The notes: a model not told the origin generated them from the sequence alone. A DNA stretch of 64,000 nt from an uncultured Acidobacteriota bacterium (GCA_963829925.1 CAWHKQ010000015.1:182073-246072); one strand, 5' to 3'; counted from the stretch's first letter, positions 15,649-26,768 are shown. Numbers and translations are program-made.

Positions 15649-16691
15649 CTATCGGCTCCCGATTTCCGGCTCCGCCGCCAGGTCCTCGAGGCGCTTTTTG
15701 CGCAGCGGGCTCGTGGCGAAGAGCGCGAATCCGATGAGCGAGATCGGGACGAACGACACCGCGTGCGCGAGCAGGGCCACGCCCGTCGCCGTGGCCACCG
15801 GGACGGCGAAGACGTCGGTCAGGGCGAACTGCACGGCCGCGTGGTATCCGCCCACACCGCCGGGCGTGGGGACGGCGAGGCCCAGGACCGCGGCGGTCGT
15901 CACCACATAGGCGGCCGTCAGGGGCAGGTCGAGGTCGAAGGCGCGCATCACGCAGTAGATCTGGACGTTGATCACCAGCCACATGCCGACGGAGCCCGCC
16001 GACACGAGCAGGAGGAGTCGAGGCGTCCTCAGCGACGCGAACCCGTCGAGGAACGTGCTCGAGATTTTCCGTGCGATGTCTCGGAAGCGCTCGGGAAAGA
16101 CGCGAAAGAGGCTGCTCGAGGACCTTTTCGGTCATCTGCCGCCAGACGACCGCGAAGAGCGCGACCGCGATGGCTCCCGCCGCGATCGCCGCCACGACCC
16201 ATCGGGTCCGGTCCGAGGCCATGATCCCGCGTCGTGCCGGACCCCGAGGCCAGCGCGATCCCGAGAAAAAGAAGCTGCGCCAGCGCATCGAGGACCCGCT
16301 CGAAGACGATCGAGGCGAGGAGCGCCGCAAAGGGCAGCCCCCGCTCGCGGGCCAGGATCGCCGGCCGCAGCACCTCCCCGGCGCGCGCCGGCAGGACCGT
16401 GTTCGCGGCGAAGCCGATCGCGGTGGCGCGGAAAGCCGGCACGAACGGGACGCGGCCGACGGGCTCCAGGATCCAGATCCAGCGGACGGCCCGGAGCACG
16501 AACACGAACAGCGAGAGAACAACGCTCGCCGCGAGCCATCCCGGCGAGACATCGGCCAGCCGCCGGCCGATCTCGGCGAGCGGAACGCGGGACAGGAAGA
16601 ACGCCAGGAGTCCGATCGCGAGCACGATCGAGGCGACGGCCTGGAAACGGCGCGAACGAAACAGGGAGCGAGACGAGGTGACCGGCGTCAC
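15649..16691 (-). CDS. UPF0104 / lysylphosphatidylglycerol-synthase-TM-like flippase-like membrane protein; frameshifted near 16010-16030 and near 16230
   Basis: MTPVTSSRSLFRSRRFQAVASIVLAIGLLAFFL...LRAVRWIWIL...FRATAIGFAANTVLPARAGEVLRPAIL and C-terminal ...AAVLGLAVPTPGGVGGYHAAVQFAL... match the LPG_synthase_TM/UPF0104 family. Confidence 0.6.
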
Positions 16692-16797
16692 CGGCGCTCA
16701 GGCGCCGCGGCCAGGGCTCGAGGAGACGGAGACTCCCCTCGAATCAACCTCGTTTGTGCGAATCTCACGCATGGGTTTTAGCATTCGCAGCGTGCGT

Positions 16798-16818
16798 TTG
16801 CCTAAGAAAATGAGGCAA
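16798..16818. promoter_or_regulatory. Imperfect palindrome TTGCCTaAGAAAATGAGGCAA, a candidate operator upstream of the repeat-protein promoter
   Basis: 7/8 matching arms. It lies in a ~40% GC island between divergent genes. Confidence 0.3.
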
Positions 16819-16833
16819 AGCCCCGATAACACT

Positions 16834-16862
16834 TGACTTTCCAGCGTATTTTTCACATTCTT
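16834..16862 (+). promoter_or_regulatory. Putative sigma-70-type promoter (TTGACT -35, 17-nt spacer, weak -10 CATTCT) followed by RBS GGGAGG (16875-16880)
   Basis: A -35 hexamer with 5/6 consensus match. AT-rich context unusual for this genome. Strong SD 8 nt before the ATG at 16889. Confidence 0.4.
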
Positions 16863-16888
16863 TTCTTAAATTTTCGGGAGGAACACGC

Positions 16889-18577
16889 ATGGCAAGGAAG
16901 GCGCCCCGGCTTCTGGCGCTTCTGGTCTCGTCGGTGTGGTTTCTGGCAGGCCGCGCCGGAGCGCAGCCCATCGGTGGCCTCGACTTCCCCGGCGAAGGTC
17001 AGACGGTCACAGGGATCGTCCGGGTCTCCGGCTTCGTGCTCGACTTCAATAACATCGATCGGGTCGAAGTGCTGGTCGACGGCATCCTCGTCAACCGGGC
17101 CGACATGAATCTGCCCCGCCCCGACGTCCTCGAGATCTTCCCCAACTACGTCAACAGCGCCACTCCGAATCCCGGGTTTCTCTCCGCGTTCCTGGCGCGC
17201 GGCGTCTTCAGCGACGGTCCGCACGCGGTCTCGATCCGCGTCACCGAGTCGGCCAGCCAGCAGCAGTTCACGATCGCCACCCGCAACGTGATCGTGGACA
17301 GCTCGCTCAACCAGGCGCCCTTCGGCTACATCGACATTCCCCACGCGTCCGGCCTGGAAGGCGCCAACGGCTCGTTCCCGGTGTCGGGCTGGGCCGTCGA
17401 CGACGTCGACATCGACCACATCGACTTCCTGGTCGACGGCCAGATCGTGGCCGGCGCCGTCGGCCGAGGCGAGCCCGGCACGGCGGTCTACGGCACCACG
17501 CGCCCGGACGTCGCGGCGGCGTTTCCGGACCTGCCGCTGGCGCTCTACTCGGGATTCTCCGCGAACATCAACACGACACAGTTCATCAACGGACTGCACG
17601 TCCTGTCGGTCCGCGCGACCGACAGCGAAGGGGCGTCCCGGGACCTCGGGAGCCGCACCGTCCAGATCGTCAACAACGGCGCCAATCTCGCGCCGTTCGG
17701 GCGCATCGACTACCCGCTGGACAAGGCCTCGCTGTTCTGCTCGACGATCGGCGGGGGCATTCCGTCTCCCTGCACCCCCGACATCTGCGGCGACATCCTG
17801 ACGAACGTCGTGGCCGGCTGGACGCTGGACGTGGGCTCCGCGCTCGACCAAGGCCAGGTGTCGTACGTCGAGCTCCTGCTCGACGGCGCGATCATCGCCA
17901 ACACCCGGACCGATTGCGTGCAGCTCGGGCAGGCCCTGACCAACTGTTACGGCATCAACCGCCCCGACGTGGCGCGCAGCTACTCGGGTTACGTCAACGC
18001 CGACAACGCGGGGTTCCTCTTCAATTTCGCGCTCGTTCGCGACGCCGATGAATCCTCCGGCCAGATCTTCATCCTGCTTCCGACCAGCCGCTTCGGCGAG
18101 TTCATCCTGGCCGGTGTCACGACCCCCGGCAAGCACACCATCGCGATCCGGGTGGGCGACGAGGAAGAGACGGTCGCCCAGATCGCCGCCATGTCGGTCG
18201 ACATCCTGTGCGACCAGCAGTTCGGCGATCAGCCGGCGTTCGGATACATCGACACGCCCACCGACTACCAGTTCATCAACGGCGTTTTCGAGGTGTTCGG
18301 CTGGGCGTCCGACTTCCAGCAGGTGCACAGTGTCGAGGTCGACGTCGACGGCCACGTCGTGGGCACCGCGTTCTACGGGCTTCTCCGGCCCGACGTGCGC
18401 GCGGTCGATCCGCGGGTCTTCTCGCCCAACGTCGGGTTCTCGTTCCTGCTCGACACGACGCACCTGTCCGATTCGCCGCACGATCTCGTGATCTACGTGA
18501 TCGACCGGTTCGGCAACCGCAGCGAGATCGGGCGCCGCAAGTTCGTCGTCAACAACAACGTCTCCACACATAACTAG
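16889..18577 (+). CDS. Secreted protein of unknown function built from four tandem ~130-aa repeats (signal peptide plus 4 modules); intact 562 aa
   Basis: Signal peptide MARKAPRLLALLVSSVWFLAGRAGA. The repeats start near residues 28, 150, 278 and 450 and share these features: PFGYID-P near the start; a G-x-F/V-x-V-x-GWA segment; an I/V-D-x-V-E/D-F/V-L-V/L-DG-x-x-V-G segment; and the motif YG-x-x-RPDV. The third repeat carries a Cys-rich insertion. GC is visibly lower than in the neighbours. A clean rho-independent terminator follows. Confidence 0.8.
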   Translation: MARKAPRLLALLVSSVWFLAGRAGAQPIGGLDFPGEGQTVTGIVRVSGFVLDFNNIDRVEVLVDGILVNRADMNLPRPDVLEIFPNYVNSATPNPGFLSAFLARGVFSDGPHAVSIRVTESASQQQFTIATRNVIVDSSLNQAPFGYIDIPHASGLEGANGSFPVSGWAVDDVDIDHIDFLVDGQIVAGAVGRGEPGTAVYGTTRPDVAAAFPDLPLALYSGFSANINTTQFINGLHVLSVRATDSEGASRDLGSRTVQIVNNGANLAPFGRIDYPLDKASLFCSTIGGGIPSPCTPDICGDILTNVVAGWTLDVGSALDQGQVSYVELLLDGAIIANTRTDCVQLGQALTNCYGINRPDVARSYSGYVNADNAGFLFNFALVRDADESSGQIFILLPTSRFGEFILAGVTTPGKHTIAIRVGDEEETVAQIAAMSVDILCDQQFGDQPAFGYIDTPTDYQFINGVFEVFGWASDFQQVHSVEVDVDGHVVGTAFYGLLRPDVRAVDPRVFSPNVGFSFLLDTTHLSDSPHDLVIYVIDRFGNRSEIGRRKFVVNNNVSTHN

Positions 18578-18607
18578 GACGACCCGGGGGTCGCCCCGAG
18601 AAACCAT

Positions 18608-18636
18608 CGCCCCGCCGTGAGGCGGGGCGTTTTGTT
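18608..18636 (+). terminator. Rho-independent terminator (cgccccgcc-GTGA-ggcggggcg-TTTTG)
   Basis: 9-bp GC stem, 4-nt loop, T-tract, immediately after the 16889..18577 stop. Confidence 0.75.
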
Positions 18637-18677
18637 GTCCGTCGCTTCCGCTCGTTCGGGACCTGCGGCCTTCGGCC

Positions 18678-18800
18678 GCACCGGCGAGCGGCTCGCCCGG
18701 ATGCGGGCTCGACCGCTCGCCTGGTCCCTCGCTCGCTCTCGCTCCCGCAGCGCGAGGCTCCTCCCTTCGGGAGACTCCTCGCGCTGCGAACGAAGTCCGC
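18678..18800. repeat. Copy C of the GC-rich intergenic repeat, same orientation as the left arm at 2698-2812
   Basis: gcaccggcgagcggctcgcccggatgcgggctcgaccgctcgcctggtccctcgctcgctctcgctcccgcagcgcgaggctcctcccttcgggagactcctcgcgctgcg aligns at ~80% with 2698-2812. Confidence 0.6.
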
Positions 18801-18830
18801 AGCGCGGCTAAGATATTCTTCGATGCCGGC

Positions 18831-20116
18831 GTGACCCCAGAAGACAACGAGCTGCTGACGCGGGTGGGACCGGGCACGCTCATGGGCGATCTGCTGCGGC
18901 AATACTGGCTGCCATTGATGCTCTCGGACGAGCTCGGTGCGCCGGACGGGGCGCCGCGGCGGATGCGGCTGCTCGGCGAGGATCTGGTCGCCTTCCGCGA
19001 TTCGGGGGGGCGCGCGGGTCTTCTGGCGGAGGCGTGCCCGCACCGTCGGGCCTCGCTCTTCTTCGGGCGCAACGAGGAGGGCGGGCTGCGCTGCGTTTAC
19101 CACGGCTGGAAGTTCGACGTGGCGGGGCGCTGCCTCGAGCTTCCGTCCGAGCCGTCCGACAGCCGGCTGCGGGAAGGGGTCCGGGCACGCGCGTACTCCC
19201 TGTCGGGAGCTCAACGGGGTCGTCTGGGCCTACCTGGGGCCCGCGGAGGAGGCTCCGCCCCTGCCCGAGCTCGGTTGGGCTCTGGCGCCGCTCGAGCGGC
19301 GGTCGGCGCGGACGTACGCGCGCGCCTGCAACTGGCTCCAGGCGCTGGAGGGCGATGTCGACACCGTGCATCTGGGCTGGCTGCACGCGCGCCTCGGGCC
19401 GGCCGGCGCGCGTGAGGTGGCTTTCCACGAGGGGGATCGCCTCCGCGACATTGCGGTGCGGGACCGGCGCCCCGTCCTCCAGGTCGTCGATACGCCGGCC
19501 GGACTGAGCATCGGAGCCCGGCGCGACGACGGGGGCGGCGAGCACTACTGGCGTATCTCGCAGTTCCTGATGCCGATCTTCACGAGCGTGCCGGCGATCG
19601 GGCAGCAGCGCCGGGCGAAGGCCTGGGTTCCTCTCGACGACACGCACACCCTCGTGTGGGAGGCCAACTGGTACCCGACCGAAGAGCTCGCGGCCGGGAA
19701 GGACGCGACAGGGGAGCGTCGGACGCCGGAAGAGCGGGATGCTGCCCGATACGGAGGACCCGCTCGAGCGCGGGCGATTCGCGGCGAACTCCGAGAACGA
19801 CTATCGGATCGACCGGGAGCGCCAGCGCACCTCGAATTTCAGCGGGATCGAGGACTCGCCTCCCCTCCAGGACGCGGCCGTCCAGGAGAGCATGGGCCCG
19901 ATCGTCGACCGCTCCGGCGAGCACCTGGTCGCTTCGGACGAAGGCGTCATCCGCGTGCGCCGGCGTCTGCTGGACGCGGCCCGCCGTCTCCGCGACGTTG
20001 GCGAGGAGCCTCCCGGTGTCCGCGCTCCGAGCGCCTACCGATTACGCGGCTGCCAGATGATCCTGCCCCCAGGCGCCGACTGGCAGGAGGCGACCAGGGA
20101 AGAGCAGACGACCTGA
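18831..20116 (+). CDS. Rieske [2Fe-2S] non-heme-iron oxygenase, alpha-subunit-like (VanA/KshA/phthalate-dioxygenase class); frameshifted near 19210 and near 19740
   Basis: MTPEDNELLTRVGPGTLMGDLLRQYWLP. Rieske ligands CPHRRASL...CVYHGWKF. Catalytic-domain motifs NWLQALEGDVDTVHLGWLH and ...HYWRISQFLMPIFTS.... The C-terminus is in the ORF 19739..20116. Confidence 0.7.
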
Positions 20117-20149
20117 GATCCTGCCGCCAAGCGGCTATTTCAGCGGCCC

Positions 20150-20270
20150 TCATCAGCTCGCGGCGGGGGAGCGCTCTCCCGGAGGAGCCGGCCGCGGGAG
20201 CCGAGCGGCGAGGGATCAGGCGAACGGTCGAGCGCGCACCCGCGCGAGCCGTTCAGTGCGCCGCGCCGCA
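20150..20270. repeat. Copy D of the GC-rich intergenic repeat, same orientation as the right arm at 2886-3006 (inverted relative to copy C)
   Basis: cgcggcgggggagcgctctcccggaggagccggccgcgggagccgagcggcgagggatcaggcgaacggtcgagcgcgc aligns with 2886-2998. The outer end (...ggtcgagcgcgcacccgcgcgagccgttcagtgc) is the reverse-complement match of the outer end of copy C. Confidence 0.55.
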
Positions 20271-20292
20271 GTCCGAGCGAGCGGAGGCGACG

Positions 20293-21942
<1,650 letters not shown>

Positions 21943-22017
21943 TCTGGCACGCCGGTCGCCGAAAGTCTCCCCGGACCCCGGAGGGCGGCGTAAAATCGCC
22001 CTGCGAGGGGACAGAAC

Positions 22018-22326
22018 ATGTTTGGCTCCATCGGAATGCCCGAATTGATCCTGATCTTCGTCGTGGCGCTTCTGGTCTTCGGACCCAAGAAGTTGCCCGA
22101 GCTCGGAAAGTCGCTGGGGCGCGGGCTGGCCGAGTTCAAGAGGGCCTCCGACGACCTGAAGAAGACCATCGAGGACGAGATCGAGCAGGGCAAGCGCGAA
22201 GCCGAGGCCGTCAAGAGGCAGGTCTCGGAAGCCGGAAGCTCGCTCGCGGGCGCCGCCGGAATCGAGACGCCGCGCGCCCCCGAGGCCACCGTCCCGAGAG
22301 CCGAATCGCCGATCCGTCCCACTTGA
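22018..22326 (+). CDS. tatA: Twin-arginine translocase subunit TatA/TatB family
   Basis: MFGSIGMPELILIFVVALLVFGPKKLPELGKSLGRGLAEFKRA, the canonical TatA/E N-terminus. Confidence 0.85.
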   Translation: MFGSIGMPELILIFVVALLVFGPKKLPELGKSLGRGLAEFKRASDDLKKTIEDEIEQGKREAEAVKRQVSEAGSSLAGAAGIETPRAPEATVPRAESPIRPT

Positions 22327-23138
22327 GCCGCTTCAACCCGCGCGACCTCGTCGACGGCCCGGGCGCCCGGCCGCCCGCCGGCGACGAGGAAGAGCTGGCG
22401 CGGATGGGCTTCTTCCAGCATCTCGACGATCTGCGCAAGCGGCTCATCGCCTCGATCGCCGCCATCTTCATCGGGTTTCTGCTGTCCTGGGCGTGGGCGC
22501 AGGAGATCTTCGACTTTCTCGCCCGGCCGCTGCGCGACGTGCTTCCCCCCGGAGAGAACCTGGCCTACACGACCCTCACCGAGCCCTTCATGATGTATTT
22601 CCGGGTGGCCCTGCTCGCCGGGATCCTGATCTCCTCGCCGGTCGTCCTCTGGCAGGTCTGGCTGTTCATCTCGCCGGCCCTGTACCGCCGCGAGAAACGC
22701 TGGGTCTGGCCCTTCGTGACGTTCGGGGCTCTCTTTTTCCTGGCGGGTTGCGCCTTCTCGTACTACGTCGCCTTCCCGCTCGTCGTGAGGTTCCTGGTCG
22801 ACGTCGGCAAGCCGTTCGAGGCCGTCATCACGATCAACGAGTACCTGTCGGTCGCGACGAAGCTGATCCTGGCCCTGGGCCTGTGCTTCGAGATGCCGAT
22901 CCTCATCTTCTTCCTGGCCCGGATGGGGATCGTCTCGGAGCGGTGGCTTCTCAAGAAGTTCAAGTACGCCATCCTCATCATCTTCATCCTGTCCGCCGTG
23001 ATCACGCCCTCGGCCGACGTTGCGACGCAGTGCGTCTTCGCCGTGCCGATGATCCTGCTGTACCTGCTGGGGATCCTGGCGGCCTGGCTGTTCCGGAAGC
23101 GCGAGACTCCGGCGGAGATCCAGCAGCCGGAGGTCTAG
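22323..23138 (+). CDS. tatC: Twin-arginine translocase subunit TatC
   Basis: Intact 271 aa. HLDDLRKRLI...six TM segments...FFLARMGIV. The start overlaps the tatA stop. Confidence 0.9.
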   Translation: MSRFNPRDLVDGPGARPPAGDEEELARMGFFQHLDDLRKRLIASIAAIFIGFLLSWAWAQEIFDFLARPLRDVLPPGENLAYTTLTEPFMMYFRVALLAGILISSPVVLWQVWLFISPALYRREKRWVWPFVTFGALFFLAGCAFSYYVAFPLVVRFLVDVGKPFEAVITINEYLSVATKLILALGLCFEMPILIFFLARMGIVSERWLLKKFKYAILIIFILSAVITPSADVATQCVFAVPMILLYLLGILAAWLFRKRETPAEIQQPEV

Positions 23139-23612
23139 CGGCTCCTCGCGTTTCTCCTCAGGATCAGCTCGATGAGCTCGCGGACGGCCCCGTGTCCGCC
23201 GGGACTCTTGAGGACGATGGTCGCGGCCCGGCGCGCGGCCGGAACGGCGTCGGCGGGGCAGGCGGACAGCCCGGTCGCTTCGAACATCGGGATATCGGGC
23301 TCGTCGTCGCCGATGGAGGCCATCTCGGAGCGCTGGAGCTTGAGCCTGCGGCGCACCGCTTCGAGCCGGGCGCCCTTGTCTCGAACGCCCTGGTAGCAGT
23401 AGGGGACGCCGAGCTCCCTTCGCCCGGCGCGCGGTCGCGGGCGAGCTCCGGCCCGAGATCCAGCACAGCGTGATCCCGGCGGCCGCCGCCTTGCGCATGC
23501 CGTGACCGTCTTTCGTGTTGAAGACTTTCAACTCGTGGCCGCGGCCGTCCAGGTAGATCTGGCCGTCGGTCAGCACGCCGTCGACGTCGAGGAAGAGCGC
23601 GCGGATCGTCAA
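23135..23612 (-). CDS. kdsC: 3-deoxy-D-manno-octulosonate 8-phosphate phosphatase (HAD); frameshifted near 23400-23470
   Basis: N-terminal MTIRALFLDVDGVLTDGQIYLDGRGHELKVFNTKDGHGM. The C-terminal piece IGDDEPDIPMF...GGHGAVRELIELIL is in the ORF 23135..23356. The ATG overlaps the kdsD stop (ATGA). Confidence 0.65.
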
Positions 23613-24565
23613 CCGAAGCCCGCCGAGAGCAGGTCGTGCATGTGCAGCGCGCCCGACAGGCGCCCGTCGCCGTCGAGGATGAAGAGCGACGTGATCCGGT
23701 GCTTCCGCATGGTTTCCAGGGCGGTCGCGGCGAATTCCTCGGCGCCGATCGTGCGGGGATCCGGCCGGCAGCAGTCGCCCGCCGCTCTCCCGAGCTCACC
23801 CGCGTCGTTCTCGAGCAGGCGCCGGAGATCGCCGTCCGAGATGACGCCGAGGAGGCGGTCCGCGCCGTCGACGACGGCCGTGATCCCCATCATCTTCCGG
23901 GACATCTCGTGAATCGCGGCCGGCATGGGCGTGTCGGGCGCGACCCGTGGAACCCGGTCGCCCGTGCGCATCAGGTCCCGGACCTTGAGGAACCGCCGGC
24001 CGAGGGTGCCCCCCGGATGGAGCGCGGCGAAGTCTTCCTCCTGAAAGCCCCGCCGCTCCGAGATCGAAAGGGCGAGGGCGTCTCCCATGGCGAGCATCGC
24101 CGTCGTCGAGGCGGTCGGAGCCAGGTTCAGAGGGCAGGCCTCGCGCGGAATCGCGAGGGAGATCGCGATCTCGGCCGCCCGCCCGGCGGAGGACGCCGGA
24201 TCGCCCGTCATGACGATCGTCCGGATTTTCCGGGACCGCGCGAACTCCAGCAGGCGGACGACCTCGGGCGTCTCTCCCGAGGTGGAGAGCGCGAGGACGA
24301 CGTCGCCCGGCATCAGCATGCCGAGGTTCCCGTGGCTGGCCTCCCCGGCGTGCAGAAAGTAGGCGGGGGTCCCCGTGGAGGCCAGGGTGGCGGCGATCTT
24401 CTGGCCGATCAGGCCCGATTTCCCGATACCGGTCACGCAGAGGCGTCCGGCCGTGGACTGGATCGCGTCGATGGCCTCCAGGAACGGCGGCCCGAGGTTG
24501 TCGATCTGCCGCCGAACGGAGTCCGCCTCGACCTCCAGAACCTTTCGGGCTGTCTCGAGATTCAC
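23609..24565 (-). CDS. kdsD: Arabinose-5-phosphate isomerase (SIS + 2xCBS), KdsD/GutQ family
   Basis: Intact 318 aa. SIS domain GRLCVTGIGKSGLIGQKIAATLASTGTPAYFLH...VVLALSTSGET. Tandem CBS domains at the C-terminus. Confidence 0.85.
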   Translation of the reverse strand: MNLETARKVLEVEADSVRRQIDNLGPPFLEAIDAIQSTAGRLCVTGIGKSGLIGQKIAATLASTGTPAYFLHAGEASHGNLGMLMPGDVVLALSTSGETPEVVRLLEFARSRKIRTIVMTGDPASSAGRAAEIAISLAIPREACPLNLAPTASTTAMLAMGDALALSISERRGFQEEDFAALHPGGTLGRRFLKVRDLMRTGDRVPRVAPDTPMPAAIHEMSRKMMGITAVVDGADRLLGVISDGDLRRLLENDAGELGRAAGDCCRPDPRTIGAEEFAATALETMRKHRITSLFILDGDGRLSGALHMHDLLSAGFG

Positions 24566-24738
24566 GCCCGTATCTTACCGGGCCGACGTCCGACCGCGGA
24601 CCGCCTGCCGTTCCGGCGAACCGTGGGGAGCCACGAGCTCGAGCGGCTGCGGATCTCTGTCACTTTCTCGACTTTCTGCCCCGTGACCGGGCGGGCAGTG
24701 GCTGTTCGGGCGTCGAACTTGCAGCGCATCAGCGCACG

Positions 24739-26385
24739 ATGACCCCGAGGGAGCAGGAAGAGGCGATGCGGGTTTTTCGGGACGACTTCGTCCGCAGCTC
24801 TCTGCACCGGCTCGCCGACATGGAGACTCTGGTCGACCGTCTCGAGAAAGCACCCGCCGACCTCGAATCGGTCAGAGCCCTTCTCGGCCACTTTCATGGC
24901 CTGTCGGGCGCGGGGGGGACCTACGGGTTTCCGGGCGTGACGACTCTGGGACAGGACGGAGAGGCTTCCTGCCGGGGCGTCCTGTCGGGCGCCGGATCGT
25001 CGGTTCCCGCCGACGTCGTCTTTTGGTCGAACCTCGTCGCCAATCTCCGGAGCGAGCTGTCCTCCGACCCGTCGCCGGAAGTCTCCGTCGTGTCCCGCGT
25101 GTTGGCGGCCCGGCCTCCGATGGACCTGCTCCTGGTGGGGGGCGAGGAGGAGGATCGAGACCTCCTGACGCAACTGGCTCAGCGGGACGGGATGGCCCTG
25201 CGTTGGGCGAGATCGGCGGAAGAGGCCACTCGGGAGCTGGCTCGCCGGATTCCGGAAGGCGCGATCGTGAACGTCGATCTGCCCGACGGCAATGGCTTCG
25301 GGGTCGTCGAGCGCCTGAGGGGGCTGCCGGGAGGCGAGACTCCCGCCGTTCTGATCCTGAGTGGCATCGGGGAGTTCGCGGATCGCGTGGACGCGATCCA
25401 TTGCGGAGCGGACGGGTTCTTCATGAGACCTCTGGACGGCGAGGCCCTGATGCGCCGCCTGGAATTTCTCTTCCATCGCGCCCGCGTCGAAACGCCGCGC
25501 GTCCTGTCGGTCGAAGACGACCCGCATCAGGCGAATTTCCTGACCGCCGTGCTGGAGTCCGCGGGCTACGAAGTCCGGATCTGCAGCGAACCCGAGAGCT
25601 TTTTCGCGGACATCGCCGCCTTTCGCCCCGACCTGGTCTTGATGGACATTCAGCTTCCCGGAGCCAGCGGCTACGACCTGGTCCGTTCCCTTCGCCAGGA
25701 GGAGACCCAGGCGATGCTGCCGGTCGTCTTTCTGACGACGCAGGCCGAGCCGGGGTCACGCATCGAGGCGGCCAGGGCCGGCGGCGACGATCACATGGTC
25801 AAACCCGTCTCCCCGGGCCTTCTGCTCTCGACGGTGGCCTCACGGATCGAACGCGCGCGGTTCCTCCGAAGCCTCGTCGAAAGGGACGGATTGACGCGGC
25901 TGCTGTCGCACACGGCCTTTCTCGAGCGCGCCAGGGTTGCCGTCGCCCGGCAGGAACGGCACCCGGACTGGAAATGCGCCTTCGTCATGCTCGACATCGA
26001 TCGCTTCAAGGCGGTGAACGACTTGTATGGCCATCCGGCGGGAGACCGCGTCCTGGCGACGCTGGCGGCACTTCTTCGCCGCAGGTTGCGTCTGACCGAC
26101 ACGATCGGCCGGATGGGCGGCGAGGAGTTCGCGATCCTGCTCGAGGAGTTCAGCGAGGAGCAGGCCCTGCGTCTGATGCAGCGGCTCCTGCAGGAATTCT
26201 CGGCCATTCCCCACGCGGGTCCGGACGGCCAGACCTTTCGGGTGACGTTTTCCGGCGGCGTGGCGATGCTTCTGGCTCCGAGGTCCGACCTGAAGTCGTG
26301 GCATCAGGCCGCGGACGAGGCCCTCTACGCCGCCAAGACCGAGGGGCGCAGCCGGATCGTGGTCGGGTCCAGGGTCGCCGGGTGA
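24739..26385 (+). CDS. Hybrid signalling protein: Hpt-like N-terminus, two receiver domains and a GGDEF diguanylate cyclase
   Basis: Intact 548 aa. Receiver motifs (LLLVGGEEEDRD..., VLSVEDDPHQANFL...LVLMDIQLPGASGYD). GGDEF core RMGGEEFAILLEE with the RxxD I-site region. Confidence 0.85.
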   Translation: MTPREQEEAMRVFRDDFVRSSLHRLADMETLVDRLEKAPADLESVRALLGHFHGLSGAGGTYGFPGVTTLGQDGEASCRGVLSGAGSSVPADVVFWSNLVANLRSELSSDPSPEVSVVSRVLAARPPMDLLLVGGEEEDRDLLTQLAQRDGMALRWARSAEEATRELARRIPEGAIVNVDLPDGNGFGVVERLRGLPGGETPAVLILSGIGEFADRVDAIHCGADGFFMRPLDGEALMRRLEFLFHRARVETPRVLSVEDDPHQANFLTAVLESAGYEVRICSEPESFFADIAAFRPDLVLMDIQLPGASGYDLVRSLRQEETQAMLPVVFLTTQAEPGSRIEAARAGGDDHMVKPVSPGLLLSTVASRIERARFLRSLVERDGLTRLLSHTAFLERARVAVARQERHPDWKCAFVMLDIDRFKAVNDLYGHPAGDRVLATLAALLRRRLRLTDTIGRMGGEEFAILLEEFSEEQALRLMQRLLQEFSAIPHAGPDGQTFRVTFSGGVAMLLAPRSDLKSWHQAADEALYAAKTEGRSRIVVGSRVAG

Positions 26386-26768
26386 ACGCGGTCCTCGAGC
26401 GCGTCCTCTATGTCGAGGACAATCCCGACCTGCGTGCGGTCGGGGCTTTCGCCCTGGAAGACATCGGCGGTCTGACCGTGAGGGCGTGTGCCTCGGGGGA
26501 GGAGGCCGTCGAGGCCGTGGGGATGTTCGCTCCCCAGCTGATCCTTCTCGACGTCATGATGCCGGGTATGGATGGCCCGGCCACGCTCCTCGCTCTGCGT
26601 TTGATCACGAGCGTCGCCGAGACGCCGGTCGTCTTCATGACGGCGAAAGCGCAGCCCGACGAGGTCGCGAGCTATCGGAAGATGGGTGTGGCCGGCGTGA
26701 TTCCGAAGCCCTTCGACCCGATGACGCTCGCCGCCCGGATCCGCGAGCTCTACGAGCGCGCGGGCTGA
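26382..26768 (+). CDS. Single-domain CheY-like response regulator
   Basis: The GTG start overlaps the upstream stop. VLYVEDNPDLRAVGAFALED...LILLDVMMPGMDG...VVFMTAK...GVIPKPF. Confidence 0.7.
   Translation: MNAVLERVLYVEDNPDLRAVGAFALEDIGGLTVRACASGEEAVEAVGMFAPQLILLDVMMPGMDGPATLLALRLITSVAETPVVFMTAKAQPDEVASYRKMGVAGVIPKPFDPMTLAARIRELYERAG

Noticed and set aside
16853-19072. 739-aa minus-strand ORF spanning the repeat-protein gene, its terminator and the repeat copy C
   Set aside because: Antisense to an intact, signal-peptide-bearing gene with promoter, RBS and terminator. It crosses a rho-independent terminator and an intergenic repeat. The composition is Arg/Asp-rich nonsense.
21960-22017. Possible promoter for tatA (TAAAAT -10-like hexamer at ~21988)
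   Set aside because: No convincing -35 at 16-18 bp spacing, so it is too weak to call. Left out of the feature list.
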